Of a DNA stretch of 64,000 bases, positions 1 to 12,536 are shown one piece after another. The DNA lies in contig JAVQWY010000014.1 in assembly GCA_033578775.1 (NCBI GenBank), positions 1 to 64,000 of the forward strand, in the 5' to 3' direction. Position 1 is the stretch's first letter; each line of letters starts with the position of its first letter. A program made the position numbers and the translations under genes. The notes below the pieces were generated by a model, which was not told the DNA's origin, did not search any database, and was given only the letters and a program-made list of their open reading frames with translations. Source of the stretch: Myxococcales bacterium (GTDB taxonomy: Bacteria > Myxococcota_A > Polyangia > Palsa-1104 > JAEUJZ01).

Positions 1-133
1 TACCCCTGTGACCTCCGCATGGAGGGCAGCGGTGCCTTTGCCTTCCAGCAGCACCACACAAGCGCCCCCGGTGGAAAGTTCCAACTGCACACGCACTCGG
101 CAGAAGGTCGCGCCACCTGCACCCGCGGCCCCC

Positions 134-816
134 TCAGCGCAGATCGATGATCGGCCAGTTGTAGGACCGGGCCACGGCGCGCAGGCGCAGGTCAGGGTTG
201 ACCGCCGTCGGCCGACCCACTGCCGCCAGCATCGGGTAGTCGGAATAGCTGTCGGAATAGGCCCAGGACTGGGCCAGGTCGATGTCGTGCTGCAAGGCAA
301 AGTCGCGTAGAATTTGAGCCTTGGTCGCACCGGCGACAAAGGGGCGGCCCAGCTGACCCGTGGCATAGCCGCGGTCAAATTCCAGCCGGTTGGCAATGAT
401 GTCTTCAATGCCCAGATAGCGCGCTAGGGGCCGGAGGGTAAAATCCAGCCCGCCCGAGACCAGCACCGGTCGACAGCCGGCGCGGCGCGACTCGGCGATG
501 AGATCCCGCGCCCCAGGAAAGATGCTCGGGCGGATGACCTCCTCGAACAGATCCTCGGCCAACACAATCAGCCGGTCCTCCGACTGGCCGGCATAGTAGG
601 CATAGAAGAGCTGGTTAAACAGCTTGCGCGACAGCTTGTCTGCCACCAGGAACATGGGAACGGACAGGGCCGTCTGCGCCGTCTTCCACAAGGAGCCGAG
701 AAGGGTCGGCTGGTTGCGCGCATAATAGGCAAAAGCATGCACAATGTTGGTGCGGATGAGGGTGCCGTCCACATCGTAAAAGGCGGCCGAGCGACAAAAG
801 GGCCCTTGCTGCATGG
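134..816 (-). CDS. HAD-superfamily subfamily IB hydrolase (phosphoserine-phosphatase-like)
   Basis: The C-terminal 227 aa of the long ORF 134..1768 carry HAD motif I 'FYDVDGTL' near the N-terminus, plus 'LVSGG' and a C-terminal 'DSYSDYPML' motif. Start taken as the ATG at 816 (MQQGPF...). The upstream part of the long ORF is Arg/Pro/Ser-rich off-frame noise. Confidence 0.7.
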
Positions 817-965
817 CAAGGTTGTATCTCATAGGGCACGTCCGTCCGCCACAGGGAAGTGGAGGGTGTAATGGTTGGCTGGTCCGTCCATTTGGGATGG
901 GTTCCCGTGGCCAGGGGTTGCTGCAGGGCCTTGACCGGCACGGAACCATGTCGACACTGGAGGGC

Positions 966-2024
966 ATGCGAACGCTTCTGGTTGGCTGCGGGGCCATTGG
1001 CAGCGTGATGGCTGCAGAGCTGACCCGTGCTGGGCGCGACCTCACCGTGGTCACAGGCAACACCGAGACCCGTGACCGGATCCGCGAGCGCGGCCTGCAG
1101 ATTCGCGACCTGAAGGGAGAGTGGTCAGTGCGGCTGCCGCGAGATCCGGTGGCGCGGGCCAGCGAACTGGTTGGGGCGCCGCCCTTTGATGCGTGCCTGG
1201 TGGCCACCAAGACGACCACGCTGGAGGAAGCGGTGCGGGAGGCGCTGCCGCTGCTGTCGCCCGATGCAAGTGTGGTGTGCCTGCAGAACGGGCTGCCCGA
1301 AGAACGGGTGGCAGCCATCGTCGGGGTCGAACGGGTGGTGGGGTGTGTGGTCGGCTGGGGCGCCACGCTGCTGGGGCCAGGGCAGTCGGCGCGCACCTCG
1401 CGGGGAGGGCTGCAACTGGGGTGTCTGCGCGGAGGGCGCGAGGCCGCGGTTGGACGGGTGGCGGCGCTGTTGGGCGGGCCGTTCGAGACCCACATCGTCG
1501 AGGACTTAATCGGGGTGCGCTGGAGCAAGCTGGCCATCAACTGCGCCACCAGCACGCTGGGGGCAGTGGGGGGAGACACGTTGGGGCGGCTGCTCAGCCA
1601 CCGCTTTGTGCGGCGCCTGGCACTGGAGGTGTGGGCCGAGATCTGCGCTGTGGCCCGGGCGCTCGGGGTGCGCCTGGGCCGCGTCTCGGGAACCCTGGAC
1701 ATCGAGCAGCTCGCGCTCACCGAGCGGGAGCGGCGGCAGCGCATCGGCTCGCTGAGCCTTGTTGTCAAGCACGCGGTGCTCTATGCCGTCGGGATGAAGT
1801 TCCGCCGCATGCGCAGCTCGATGTTGGTGGCGCTGGAGCGGGGGCGCCGGCCCGAGGTCGACTGGCTCAACGGAGAGGTGGTCCGCCGCGGCGCGCAGGC
1901 AGGCGTCTCCACGCCGCTCAACTCGGCCCTGGTGGAGCTGGTACACGCCATCGCGGCGCAGCGGCAGCGTTCCGGTCTGGACACGCTGCGCGCCTTCTAC
2001 GAGCACCACGTGGCCAGCGCCTGA
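966..2024 (+). CDS. panE: 2-dehydropantoate 2-reductase (ketopantoate reductase, ApbA/PanE family)
   Basis: N-terminal Rossmann motif '[13 protein letters not shown]' preceded by a GGAGGG RBS. The overall ApbA/PanE architecture is present, including 'WSKLAINCA' and a C-terminal domain. Confidence 0.8.
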   Translation: MRTLLVGCGAIGSVMAAELTRAGRDLTVVTGNTETRDRIRERGLQIRDLKGEWSVRLPRDPVARASELVGAPPFDACLVATKTTTLEEAVREALPLLSPDASVVCLQNGLPEERVAAIVGVERVVGCVVGWGATLLGPGQSARTSRGGLQLGCLRGGREAAVGRVAALLGGPFETHIVEDLIGVRWSKLAINCATSTLGAVGGDTLGRLLSHRFVRRLALEVWAEICAVARALGVRLGRVSGTLDIEQLALTERERRQRIGSLSLVVKHAVLYAVGMKFRRMRSSMLVALERGRRPEVDWLNGEVVRRGAQAGVSTPLNSALVELVHAIAAQRQRSGLDTLRAFYEHHVASA

Positions 2025-2237
2025 CCGGCCCCCGCGCACAGCCCTTCCCCGGGCCGGTCTCGCGGTTCCTGGCGCCGCGCCTCCCCATGGGTGGGGTAGA
2101 TGACCCCGGACATAGCCCTCCCCCTGCGCCGGTCCGCGGAGGGTCCGCGCATCGGGCGGCAGGCAGTGGAGCATCTTGTTGATAGATGGGGGAGGGGGCC
2201 TATCTTCCTGCGGGTCCGCGCCTGGGGCGGGGGCCTG

Positions 2238-4685
<2,448 letters not shown>

Positions 4686-4778
4686 TGCAGTGGCTCCTTC
4701 AGACCCTAGGTGTGCAGGCCAGACAGAGACGGGGGGCCGCAGCCCCGCCCTGAGCTGTTTTGCTAAAGCTTATCATAC

Positions 4779-4991
4779 TTACTGCGTGCGCGTCGGCAAC
4801 CCATGGTCAGGCACCGGCGCGCACGGGGCGGCGCTGTTCCAGCCACAGCGCCGGGAGGCGAACTCGATGTCCAGCTCATCGGCGAACATCTCGTCTAGCA
4901 GCCCGTCGACATCCAGGTCCAGACCAACACCGCTCAGCTCGGCGCGCTCCAGCTCTTCAAAGGTTCGGAATACTCGGGGCAAGCTGCGCAT
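4779..4991 (-). CDS. small acidic hypothetical protein
   Basis: 70-aa ORF with a strong AGGAGG RBS 6 nt upstream of its ATG. Highly acidic stretch 'LDLDVDGLLDEMFADELDIEF'. No family recognised. Confidence 0.35.
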   Translation of the reverse strand: MRSLPRVFRTFEELERAELSGVGLDLDVDGLLDEMFADELDIEFASRRCGWNSAAPCAPVPDHGLPTRTQ

Positions 4992-5159
4992 CGGCGACCT
5001 CCTGTGTGTCAGGAAGAGTAGTTCAATATCCTACATGTAGGAGGAGTAGATGCCGGTCTGGGGGGTAGGTCAACTTTTTCCGCCACTTTTTTTGGGGCCG
5101 TGCCGTTTCCGTCGCTATGTTTAGCCAGTCCTGGTAGCCGCCGCGTTCTCAGGGAGAAA

Positions 5160-5972
5160 ATGAGCCGTATCATTGCCATTGCGAACCAGAAAGGAGGCGT
5201 GGGCAAGACCACCACCGCGGTGAACCTTGCAGCCGCGCTGGCCCACGAAGGGCACAAGGTACTGGTCGTGGATGCCGATCCACAGGGCAACGCCACCTCG
5301 GGGCTGGGCTTCCCCAAGGGCAGCGTGGAACAAGGGTTGTACCAGGCCCTGATCGATCGGGTGTCGCTGCGCGAGCTGACGCAGCTTACGCTCCTGCCGA
5401 CGCTGTGGCTGGTGCCAGCCACAGCGGACCTGGCCGGTGCCGAGATCGAGTTGGTGGGGGAGGAGCGCAGGGAGTGGCGCCTGCACGACGCACTGGAGCC
5501 GGTGCGCGAGCGCTATGACTACGTGATGATCGACTGCCCGCCGTCGCTGGGGCTGCTCACGCTGAACGCCCTGGTGGCGGCCGATCGGGTGGTCATCCCC
5601 ATGCAGTGCGAATACTATGCCCTGGAGGGGTTGTCCCACCTGTGCAGCACCATCGAGCGCGTCCGCGCCGTCTGGAAGCCCCAGCTCGAAATCGAAGGGA
5701 TCCTGCTAACCATGGTGGATGGACGGACCAACCTGAGCCAGCAGGTGGAAGGGGAGGTGCGGAGCCACTTTGCCAAGCGCGTCTACACCACCGTCATCCC
5801 GCGCAACGTCCGCCTGTCGGAGGCCCCCTCCCATGGCATGCCCATCATCCTGTACGATGCCTCCTCCCGCGGCTCGCAGAGCTACCAGCAGCTGGCGCGC
5901 GAGTTCCTCCAGCGGCAGATCCCGCAGAGCGCCAGCACGCCGACGCGGCGCTTCCCGGCAAGGCTGGTGTAG
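5160..5972 (+). CDS. parA: chromosome partitioning ATPase ParA/Soj
   Basis: Deviant Walker A 'KGGVGKTT'. Typical ParA length. AGGGAG RBS. parB follows immediately. Confidence 0.9.
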   Translation: MSRIIAIANQKGGVGKTTTAVNLAAALAHEGHKVLVVDADPQGNATSGLGFPKGSVEQGLYQALIDRVSLRELTQLTLLPTLWLVPATADLAGAEIELVGEERREWRLHDALEPVRERYDYVMIDCPPSLGLLTLNALVAADRVVIPMQCEYYALEGLSHLCSTIERVRAVWKPQLEIEGILLTMVDGRTNLSQQVEGEVRSHFAKRVYTTVIPRNVRLSEAPSHGMPIILYDASSRGSQSYQQLAREFLQRQIPQSASTPTRRFPARLV

Positions 5973-5975
5973 CTC

Positions 5976-6899
5976 ATGGACAAGCGCAAGGCGCTCGGAC
6001 GCGGGCTAGGGGCGCTCATCCCGACCCTGCCCAGGCCAGAACACACATCGCCGCCAGAAGACGGCCCTGCGCCACCGGGTCGGCGAGAGTACTTTTTGTG
6101 CCCCATTGAGGAAATCGTGCCCTCGGAGCACAACCCGCGGCACCGCCACGACGAGCAGCGGCTGGAGGAGCTGGCGGCCTCGATTCGCAGCCAGGGCCTG
6201 GTGCAGCCCCTGGTGGTGCGGTTGCGCACCCCGGCCGAGCAGAGTGACGGTCGCGGGGCGAGCTTTGCCCTCATTGCGGGGGAGCGGCGCTGGCGGGCAG
6301 CGCAGCGCGCAGGGCTGCGGGAGGTGCCGGTGGTGGTCAAGGAGGTCAGTGCGGCCCGTGCATTTGAGCTGGCGCTCGTCGAGAACTTGCAGCGCGAGGA
6401 CCTCAACGTCATCGAGGAGGCAGAGGCCTATCGGCGGCTGTCGGAGGAGTTCGGCTACACCCAGGAGGAACTGGCGCAGCGGGTGGGGCGGGCCCGCGAG
6501 ACGGTGGCCAACGTGCTGCGGTTGTTGCGCCTGCCAGAGCAGGTGCGACAGATGGTGGCCCGAGACGAGCTGTCCATGGGCCACGCGCGGGCATTGCTCG
6601 GGCTGGAGGACGAGGAGGCCATCATCCGCACGGCGCTGCAGGTGACCGCGCGACGCCTGTCGGTGCGGCAGACAGAGCTGCTGGTTCGTCGAGAGAAGTC
6701 CCCACCAGCCGAGGAGCCGCAGCGGGCACCGGACAAGTCGCCCGCCGTGCGCGATGTGGAGGAGCGACTGCAGAAGGCACTCGGGACGCGGGTGACTTTG
6801 CTCATGAAGGACGGCCGCAGCGGACGCATCGAGATTCACTTCCACAGCCTCGATGAGCTGGATGGGCTCATCGCGCGGCTGGGCGCCGCCCCTACTTGA
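5976..6899 (+). CDS. parB: chromosome partitioning protein ParB/Spo0J
   Basis: ParB box 'GERRWRAA', an HTH region, and an N-terminal 'KALGRGLGALI' motif. Starts 4 nt after the parA stop. Confidence 0.9.
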   Translation: MDKRKALGRGLGALIPTLPRPEHTSPPEDGPAPPGRREYFLCPIEEIVPSEHNPRHRHDEQRLEELAASIRSQGLVQPLVVRLRTPAEQSDGRGASFALIAGERRWRAAQRAGLREVPVVVKEVSAARAFELALVENLQREDLNVIEEAEAYRRLSEEFGYTQEELAQRVGRARETVANVLRLLRLPEQVRQMVARDELSMGHARALLGLEDEEAIIRTALQVTARRLSVRQTELLVRREKSPPAEEPQRAPDKSPAVRDVEERLQKALGTRVTLLMKDGRSGRIEIHFHSLDELDGLIARLGAAPT

Positions 6900-7110
6900 G
6901 GCGCAGCAGCGGCTGGCCCTCGGTCACCGCCTGGCCCTCCTGCACCAGGATCTCATCTACCTCGCCCGCTTCCTCCACCTCCACGGGCATCTCCATCTTC
7001 ATCGACTCTAAAATCACGGCCACTGTGCCCGGCTCGACCCGGTCGCCGGGGCGGACCTGGATCTTCCACACGGTGCCCGTGATGTGGGCAGCAACGACCT
7101 TGGCCATCAT
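6892..7110 (-). CDS. biotin/lipoyl-attachment domain protein (BCCP-like, 72 aa)
   Basis: Biotinyl-domain hammerhead with an 'ESMKME' biotinylation-type motif and a 'GQPLLRL' C-terminus. Confidence 0.7.
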   Translation of the reverse strand: MMAKVVAAHITGTVWKIQVRPGDRVEPGTVAVILESMKMEMPVEVEEAGEVDEILVQEGQAVTEGQPLLRLK

Positions 7111-7219
7111 ACCGTTCCGTTCCTCTTTTTGGTTTTGGTTGGTTTTTTGGTTGGTGGTACGCGTCTGTGTCTGCGCTTGACGTGGTGAGCGTTTCTCTCT
7201 CTAAAGATAAAGACACGAC

Positions 7220-8677
7220 CTACATACGACGCAGTGTGTCAATAAGGGCACCTAGGCGCGCTGGCACGGCGCGGAAGCGCAGGGCCGCCGAGATGCCATC
7301 GACAAACCGGTAGTTGCCCTGCGCATCCTGGGCGAAGACACACCGCCGCATGGGGTCTGCGTTGGGATGGCTCGTATCGCCGTTGCGGATGATGGTCCCA
7401 TCTCCGTCGCGGCACGTGTCCACCACCAGCGGCCTCTGGTTGGGATTGGCGACCCAGAAGGTCTCCAGGCCATCGCGATCCACGTCCATGTCCGGCAGCA
7501 GGTGCCCCTGCTCATCCATCTTGAGCATGAGCAAGGTTCCCACCGCTCCGCCGGCCCAGATGACGTCAAAGAGCGACTGGGGAGGGGTGATGAGGCCCTT
7601 CACTTCAATCCGGTCCAGCCGCGCCAGGCTCACGGCCTGCAACACCCCACCTAGCAGCCCCTCCTCCAGGTAGGTGCGGTCGCCCACCGTCCGCAGGATC
7701 CCGCGCACGCGGGCGCCAGACAGCTCCAGCTCCAGGGGCAGATTCTGCACGAGCTCAAGAGAGATGCGGAACAGGTCGGGCCCGGCCTCTAGCAGGCCGT
7801 TGCGGACCACGCCACTGCGGAACACCAGCAGCGGCCGCCCCATGGCATCCAGAGAAACACGCTGGACGTCGAGTGCAACGTTGGCATCGCCGAACGGATC
7901 GCAGGCTGGCGCGTTGTCGGGGATGCCATCGCAATCATAGTCTATGCCATCGCAGCGCTCGACGCCCGCGGGCAGGCCCCGACCCACCACCTGGGGGTGG
8001 CGCAAGCGGGCCAGCGGCACAGGGCCCGCCTCGGTCATGACCGGTTCGGAGGTGGGCCGGTCGTCGCAGTCACCCTCGGCGAGGCTGACGCCGTCGCCGT
8101 CGAGATCCCTCGGGTCGGCAGCGGGCTCGCGGGGCCTGGCGTTGTCCGCATAGCCGTCGCAGTTGTCATCCAAGCGGTTGTCGGGCACCTCCTGCCGACC
8201 GGGGCGTACCTCCGGGTCGTGATCGTTGCAGTCGCCCTTGGCGCCGTTTTTGTCAAAGCTCCAGTTGGTGTCCTTGCCGTCCCCATCGCGGTCCTTGTTG
8301 AACTGGCCGAGATAGAAGGCGATTTTGGTGCAGGATGAATTCTCAGCAGCCAGGCCGAACAGTTCGAGGGGGATGACCACATCATGGCGCCGGCGGAACG
8401 ACTCCTCCAGCGGCTCCGCAGCGAGCGAGTGCACCACGCCAAGCTTGTTGTCAATGGCTCCGTCGCGGTCTAGGTCAAAGCCCTGATTCGGGCCGGCGAC
8501 CTGCAGCTCGGCAATGACCAGCGTGCGGTCCCCCTTGCCATAGGCCACCGTCGGTCCGTTGCACTCCGGAGCCGGGGCGAAGGGGTTGTCAGCCGCTGGG
8601 TCTGTGCACCCGGCGACCCAGAGAAGCGCCGGCAGCGACCGCAGGAGGCGAACGAGATTGGGAAATTTCTTGCGCAT
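7220..8677 (-). CDS. lipoprotein with thrombospondin type-3-like Ca-binding repeats
   Basis: Lipobox 'LLWVAGC' after a basic n-region (MRKKF...). Multiple DxDxDG-type repeats: 'DRDGDGKD', 'DLDGDGVS' and 'DKNGAKGDCNDHD'. Confidence 0.6.
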   Translation of the reverse strand: MRKKFPNLVRLLRSLPALLWVAGCTDPAADNPFAPAPECNGPTVAYGKGDRTLVIAELQVAGPNQGFDLDRDGAIDNKLGVVHSLAAEPLEESFRRRHDVVIPLELFGLAAENSSCTKIAFYLGQFNKDRDGDGKDTNWSFDKNGAKGDCNDHDPEVRPGRQEVPDNRLDDNCDGYADNARPREPAADPRDLDGDGVSLAEGDCDDRPTSEPVMTEAGPVPLARLRHPQVVGRGLPAGVERCDGIDYDCDGIPDNAPACDPFGDANVALDVQRVSLDAMGRPLLVFRSGVVRNGLLEAGPDLFRISLELVQNLPLELELSGARVRGILRTVGDRTYLEEGLLGGVLQAVSLARLDRIEVKGLITPPQSLFDVIWAGGAVGTLLMLKMDEQGHLLPDMDVDRDGLETFWVANPNQRPLVVDTCRDGDGTIIRNGDTSHPNADPMRRCVFAQDAQGNYRFVDGISAALRFRAVPARLGALIDTLRRM

Positions 8678-8762
8678 GTGGCCTCTGCACCAGGATCCGG
8701 CCCCGCATCGTGGCAACTCGGCCCCTGTCCGTCAAGGCCCTGCAGTGGTAAGGTGGCGATGC

Positions 8763-9275
8763 ATGCCACCGCGCAGCCATGGCACAGGGCAGTTTACTCG
8801 CAGCCAGCTGGGGCGTTGCCCGGACTCGGTCGTCATCGAGGAGGGTGTGCTCATCTTCCATCCGGAGAACGTGTTCCTCGACGAGGAGGTCTACATCGGG
8901 CATAGGGCCATTCTCAAAGGCTATTATCGGAACCAGCTCCACATCGGACGGGGGAGCTGGATCGGCCAGATGTGCTTCCTGCACGCCGCCGGCGGCATCG
9001 AGATTGGCCAGGAGGTAGGTGTCGGACCGCAGGTGTCGGTGCTGACCAGCACCCATGGGGAACCGGCCCCGGGGGAGCCCATCATGAGGGGGGCCCTGCA
9101 GTTTGCCCCGGTCCGCCTGTGCGATGGGTGCGACATTGGCATTGGAGCCATCATCTTGCCCGGCGTCACCGTCGGAGAAGGGGCCCAGGTCGGCGCCGGA
9201 GCGGTGGTCACCCGGGACGTGCCCGCCCGCGCGGTGGTTGCCGGCAATCCGGCCCGGGTGCTGCGTCAGCGATGA
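8763..9275 (+). CDS. left-handed beta-helix (hexapeptide-repeat) acetyltransferase
   Basis: Imperfect hexapeptide repeats: 'VYIGHRAILKG', 'IGRGSWIGQMCF', 'IEIGQEVGVGPQVSV' and 'IGIGAIILPGVTVGEGAQVGAGAVV'. A 'VAGNPARV' C-terminus. Start is the first in-frame ATG after the divergent upstream gene. Confidence 0.65.
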   Translation: MPPRSHGTGQFTRSQLGRCPDSVVIEEGVLIFHPENVFLDEEVYIGHRAILKGYYRNQLHIGRGSWIGQMCFLHAAGGIEIGQEVGVGPQVSVLTSTHGEPAPGEPIMRGALQFAPVRLCDGCDIGIGAIILPGVTVGEGAQVGAGAVVTRDVPARAVVAGNPARVLRQR

Positions 9276-9580
9276 GCCAGGACCTGCGGCCCCAGCAGGG
9301 CGTTCGCTTCGAGCTCGAATGGCTCGGCATGGAACAGCAGAGCGTCCGCTACCGCGCCTGTCTACACTTGCCACAGGCGCGGCATGAGTACACCTTGCGC
9401 ATCGTCCTGCCCGGCGGGACCTGTACCCTGGCCGAAGTGGGCCATGACCCACCCGGAGCACCTGCGCCGTCCGCGTCGGTGCTGGAGCACTTGCTCCGCT
9501 TGGGGCGGCAGCTGTATCGCGATGCGCAGCGCGACGGAACCTGGAAGCGGCGCGTGCTGCGCTGGCGGGACCTGGAGTGA
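9272..9580 (+). CDS. hypothetical protein (about 102 aa)
   Basis: Its ATG overlaps the acetyltransferase stop (ATGA), implying translational coupling. No recognisable domain. Confidence 0.35.
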   Translation: MSQDLRPQQGVRFELEWLGMEQQSVRYRACLHLPQARHEYTLRIVLPGGTCTLAEVGHDPPGAPAPSASVLEHLLRLGRQLYRDAQRDGTWKRRVLRWRDLE

Positions 9581-9632
9581 CCAAGATCCGCCTTGCTCGC
9601 TGGGGCGGAGTGCGCTACCGAAAAGAAGTATC

Positions 9633-9968
9633 ATGTCGAAGCCCCCCACAAAGTGGTCATTTCCACGCCGTTCCTCGTCGCCGAGCGTGTTCGAGCGGTT
9701 CATCGGGCAGGAGGTGAACGTCTTTGGCCCGCGATCGTGCGAGGAGCACGAGAACTGCCTGGGCGGGGGGTATCTGCTCGGTGTGGAAGACGGTTTCCTG
9801 CTGCTGGCGGAGCGCAATGGGGAAGCACCTGACCTGGCCGTGTCGCTCAACGACGTCGTCGTGATCGCGGTGGTCAAGGACCGGCCGGAGCTTACCGCCG
9901 TCGATGGTGGCAAGGTCCATCGCCTCCGTCGCCCCGAGGCACACGAGGACGAGCCGGGCGACAACTGA
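9633..9968 (+). CDS. hypothetical protein, possibly Sm-like fold
   Basis: ORF of about 111 aa. The pattern 'FIGQEVNVF..GGYLLGVEDGFLLL....VSLNDVVVIAVV' resembles an Sm/LSm beta-barrel. The call is tentative. Confidence 0.3.
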   Translation: MSKPPTKWSFPRRSSSPSVFERFIGQEVNVFGPRSCEEHENCLGGGYLLGVEDGFLLLAERNGEAPDLAVSLNDVVVIAVVKDRPELTAVDGGKVHRLRRPEAHEDEPGDN

Positions 9969-10461
9969 GTGGGGCAGGTGGCCCACGGCCGACAATCGGC
10001 CAGCCGAGCTCTGTCGGCATCGGCCGCCTCCGGCTCGGGCACGGGGCAGAGCGCGCGCAGCCTCTGCACCGCGCGCCTCCATTGGCATAACGTCATCGGG
10101 CGCGTAGGTCAGCGGCCGGCCGAGCAGCCGACGCACCGCTCCCAGGGCGTCGGGGACCTGCGCCCCGTGCGGGGTCGCGAGCAGGGCCGGCCGGCTGGTG
10201 TGGAGGCGGCGTAGCGCTCGATGAGCTCGGCTGCTGCTCGTCGCACGTCAACATTGCCTTCGACGAGTGCGCGCTTCACCGGGGGGGCAGGTCTCCATCT
10301 GCCTCCCAACGTGCGGTACGCGTCGCAGGCGGGCGCTGCCAGGCACCCAGCCAAAGGAGCAGAGCGCGGCGCGTGGGTCGATCTAGCCCGCGACGGGGGC
10401 GCTGCCGCTCATGGAGGCTGCTCCTTGACCATAATGGACCTGCTTGAGTACTGTTAACTTT

Positions 10462-11367
10462 ATGACACGTCTCTATATTCGCGCGGTGCTCTACCCCATC
10501 GTCCTCGTTGGCATGGGCGGGCTCGGGCTGGGGGGGTGCCCGAAACCTGCCCCCCCTCCACAGCCAGTGGTCCAACCGCCGCCCCCCCCGCCTAGGGGAG
10601 ACCTGTTCCGCTTCTCCCAGCAGGCCGGCACATCAGGCCAGGGCAGGGTCAGCATCCGCATCGAGAACGAGCCCCTCAACCCCAAGCCCGGTCGCAAGGG
10701 GGCGTCCAGCGGGCGGCTCATGCGCGCCTACACGCTCACCGAGGAGCACCTCATCGTCTCCGTCGATGCCGATGGGACCCAGCACATCACCGGCAAGCTC
10801 ATCGACGTCGAGGGCAAGACGGACAATCCCAAGGAGCAGCGGGAGGCCGATGCGCTCGCCCGGGCGCTCTCCGAAATCAAGATCAGCTTTGACCGCACCG
10901 CTCGCGGCGAGGTGATCCCAGCGAAGCTGGAGATTACCGATGTGAACCGGCCGCTGGATCCGCGCACCGCGCGGATTGTGGCCGGATCGATCTATGGAGC
11001 CGGCCGCGGCCCGATCTTCCCGGAAGAGCACGTGGAGGTGGGCCGCACCTGGACGATTCGCTCGGAGGTCCCCATCCCCGGCGGCAACATTACCTGGGAG
11101 ATCGAGTACAAGTACGAGAGACGAGAGGGGAACATCGCGGTCATCAGCTTTTCTGGCAAGTCCAGCGGAGAGAGCCAGGGAGCGCAGCTGACCGGGGATG
11201 CCAAGGGTGAGCTGCGCTTCGATCTGCAAAAGGGCGCCCTGGCGGCCATGACGGTGGACACCAAGAACGCCAGCGATCCGGGGCCCCAGGCGAGCACTCC
11301 GGGGACCATCCTGCGGGTACACGTGGAGTGGGAGGCGGTCGCCCCCCAGCAGGAGGCAGCCCAGTAG
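10462..11367 (+). CDS. hypothetical lipoprotein
   Basis: Signal plus lipobox 'LGLGGC', followed by a Pro-rich linker (PPPQPVVQPPPPPP). No known catalytic motifs. Confidence 0.5.
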   Translation: MTRLYIRAVLYPIVLVGMGGLGLGGCPKPAPPPQPVVQPPPPPPRGDLFRFSQQAGTSGQGRVSIRIENEPLNPKPGRKGASSGRLMRAYTLTEEHLIVSVDADGTQHITGKLIDVEGKTDNPKEQREADALARALSEIKISFDRTARGEVIPAKLEITDVNRPLDPRTARIVAGSIYGAGRGPIFPEEHVEVGRTWTIRSEVPIPGGNITWEIEYKYERREGNIAVISFSGKSSGESQGAQLTGDAKGELRFDLQKGALAAMTVDTKNASDPGPQASTPGTILRVHVEWEAVAPQQEAAQ

Positions 11368-11418
11368 GTCCCTTTGTCCCGCCTGCCCTTCCCTGCGTCC
11401 TTCGCGTACGCTCCATCC

Positions 11419-12471
11419 ATGCGTGCCATCTTGGTTGACAACGAGGGCGAGCTTGTGCTCGGCGAGGTGCCTGACCCGGTCTGCGGCGACGACGAGCTCC
11501 GCATCGAGGTCAGGGCCACCGCGGTCAACCGCGCCGACCTGCTCCAGCGCCGCGGGCTCTATCCGCCTCCCGAGGGGGCCTCGCCCATTTTGGGGCTTGA
11601 GGCCGCAGGGCGGGTCCTGGAAGCAGGACCGGCTGCCCGGGCCGCAGGGTTTGCCGTCGGACAGCGGGTCATGGCGCTGCTGGCCGGCGGCGGCTATGCC
11701 GAGCAGGTGACGATGCCCTTCTGCCAGGCGATGCCTGTGCCGGCCCGGCTTAGCGATGAGGAGGCAGCCGCGGTGCCGGAGGCGTTTCTGACGGCGTTTT
11801 TGAACCTGTTTCTCCTGGGCGGCCTACCCTGGCGGGGTGAGGGGAAGGGGGAGACGCCCCCGCCCACCGTGCTCATCCACGGCGGCGCCTCGGGCGTGGG
11901 CACCGCCGCGCTGCAGCTGTGCCGGGCCAGCGGTGTGACGGCCCTGTGCACCGTCGGCAGCCAGGAACGCGGGGTGCGCTGCCAGGCGTTGGGCGCTGCC
12001 TTCTTTTGGGACTACCACCGCGGCGACTTTGCCCCCGCGGTGCTGGCCTACACCGAGGGGCGAGGTGTGGACCTGGTGCTCGACTGTATCGGCGGTCCCT
12101 ACTTGGAGCAGAACCTGCGCGTGCTCAGGCCCGAGGGACGGCTGGTCTGCATCGGCCTCCAGGGCGGCTCCCGGGGGGAACTGGACCTGGCGTTGCTGCT
12201 GCGCCGCCGCCTGACCGTGCGCGGCTCCACGCTGCGGGCCCTGCCAGTGGCACGCAAGGGGGCCCTGGTGCAGCGCTTTTCACAGACCGTACTGCCCCTG
12301 CTGGCCACCGGGGAGGTGGTCCCGGTCATCGACCGCGTGCTGCCGCTGACCCAGGCGGCTGCGGCCCACCAGGCCCTGCAAGGCCCCCATGTGGGCAAGA
12401 TCGTGCTCCGCGTGCACCCCGAAGACTTCCCCCCTGGCCCGCTGGCCCAACCCCTCCGGTCGGAGGGCTAG
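11419..12471 (+). CDS. NAD(P)H:quinone oxidoreductase (zinc-type ADH / MDR superfamily, PIG3-like)
   Basis: Medium-chain dehydrogenase/reductase (MDR) fold. Nucleotide-binding motif 'IHGGASGVGTAALQL'. 'RAILV' N-terminus and 'HVGKIVL' C-terminal motif. Confidence 0.8.
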   Translation: MRAILVDNEGELVLGEVPDPVCGDDELRIEVRATAVNRADLLQRRGLYPPPEGASPILGLEAAGRVLEAGPAARAAGFAVGQRVMALLAGGGYAEQVTMPFCQAMPVPARLSDEEAAAVPEAFLTAFLNLFLLGGLPWRGEGKGETPPPTVLIHGGASGVGTAALQLCRASGVTALCTVGSQERGVRCQALGAAFFWDYHRGDFAPAVLAYTEGRGVDLVLDCIGGPYLEQNLRVLRPEGRLVCIGLQGGSRGELDLALLLRRRLTVRGSTLRALPVARKGALVQRFSQTVLPLLATGEVVPVIDRVLPLTQAAAAHQALQGPHVGKIVLRVHPEDFPPGPLAQPLRSEG

Positions 12472-12536
12472 GGGGGCGGCCAGCTCCGCAATTTTTTCCA
12501 TCTGGGCATTTTGTTCTGTCATATCAGCTGGTTCGG

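Noticed and set aside
817-1768. The 5' two-thirds of the 544-aa ORF 134..1768 (minus strand)
   Set aside because: Only the C-terminal 227 aa look like a real HAD protein. The rest is Arg/Pro/Ser/Thr low-complexity typical of off-frame translation in GC-rich DNA, and it overlaps the panE reading frame.
2120-2150. Hairpin 'CCGCGGAgggTCCGCG' between the convergent panE and lon genes as a terminator
   Set aside because: The stem is short (6-7 bp) with no U-tract, and such GC palindromes are common in this composition. It is not reported as a feature.
1193-2182. 329-aa ORF (+) and 222-aa ORF (-) overlapping panE
   Set aside because: Gly/Arg/Ala-rich compositions with no motifs. They are shadow ORFs of the panE frame.
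5000-7000. parS site near parAB
   Set aside because: I looked for TGTTNCACGTGNAACA-like palindromes by eye and did not find one, so none is claimed. A computational scan is needed.
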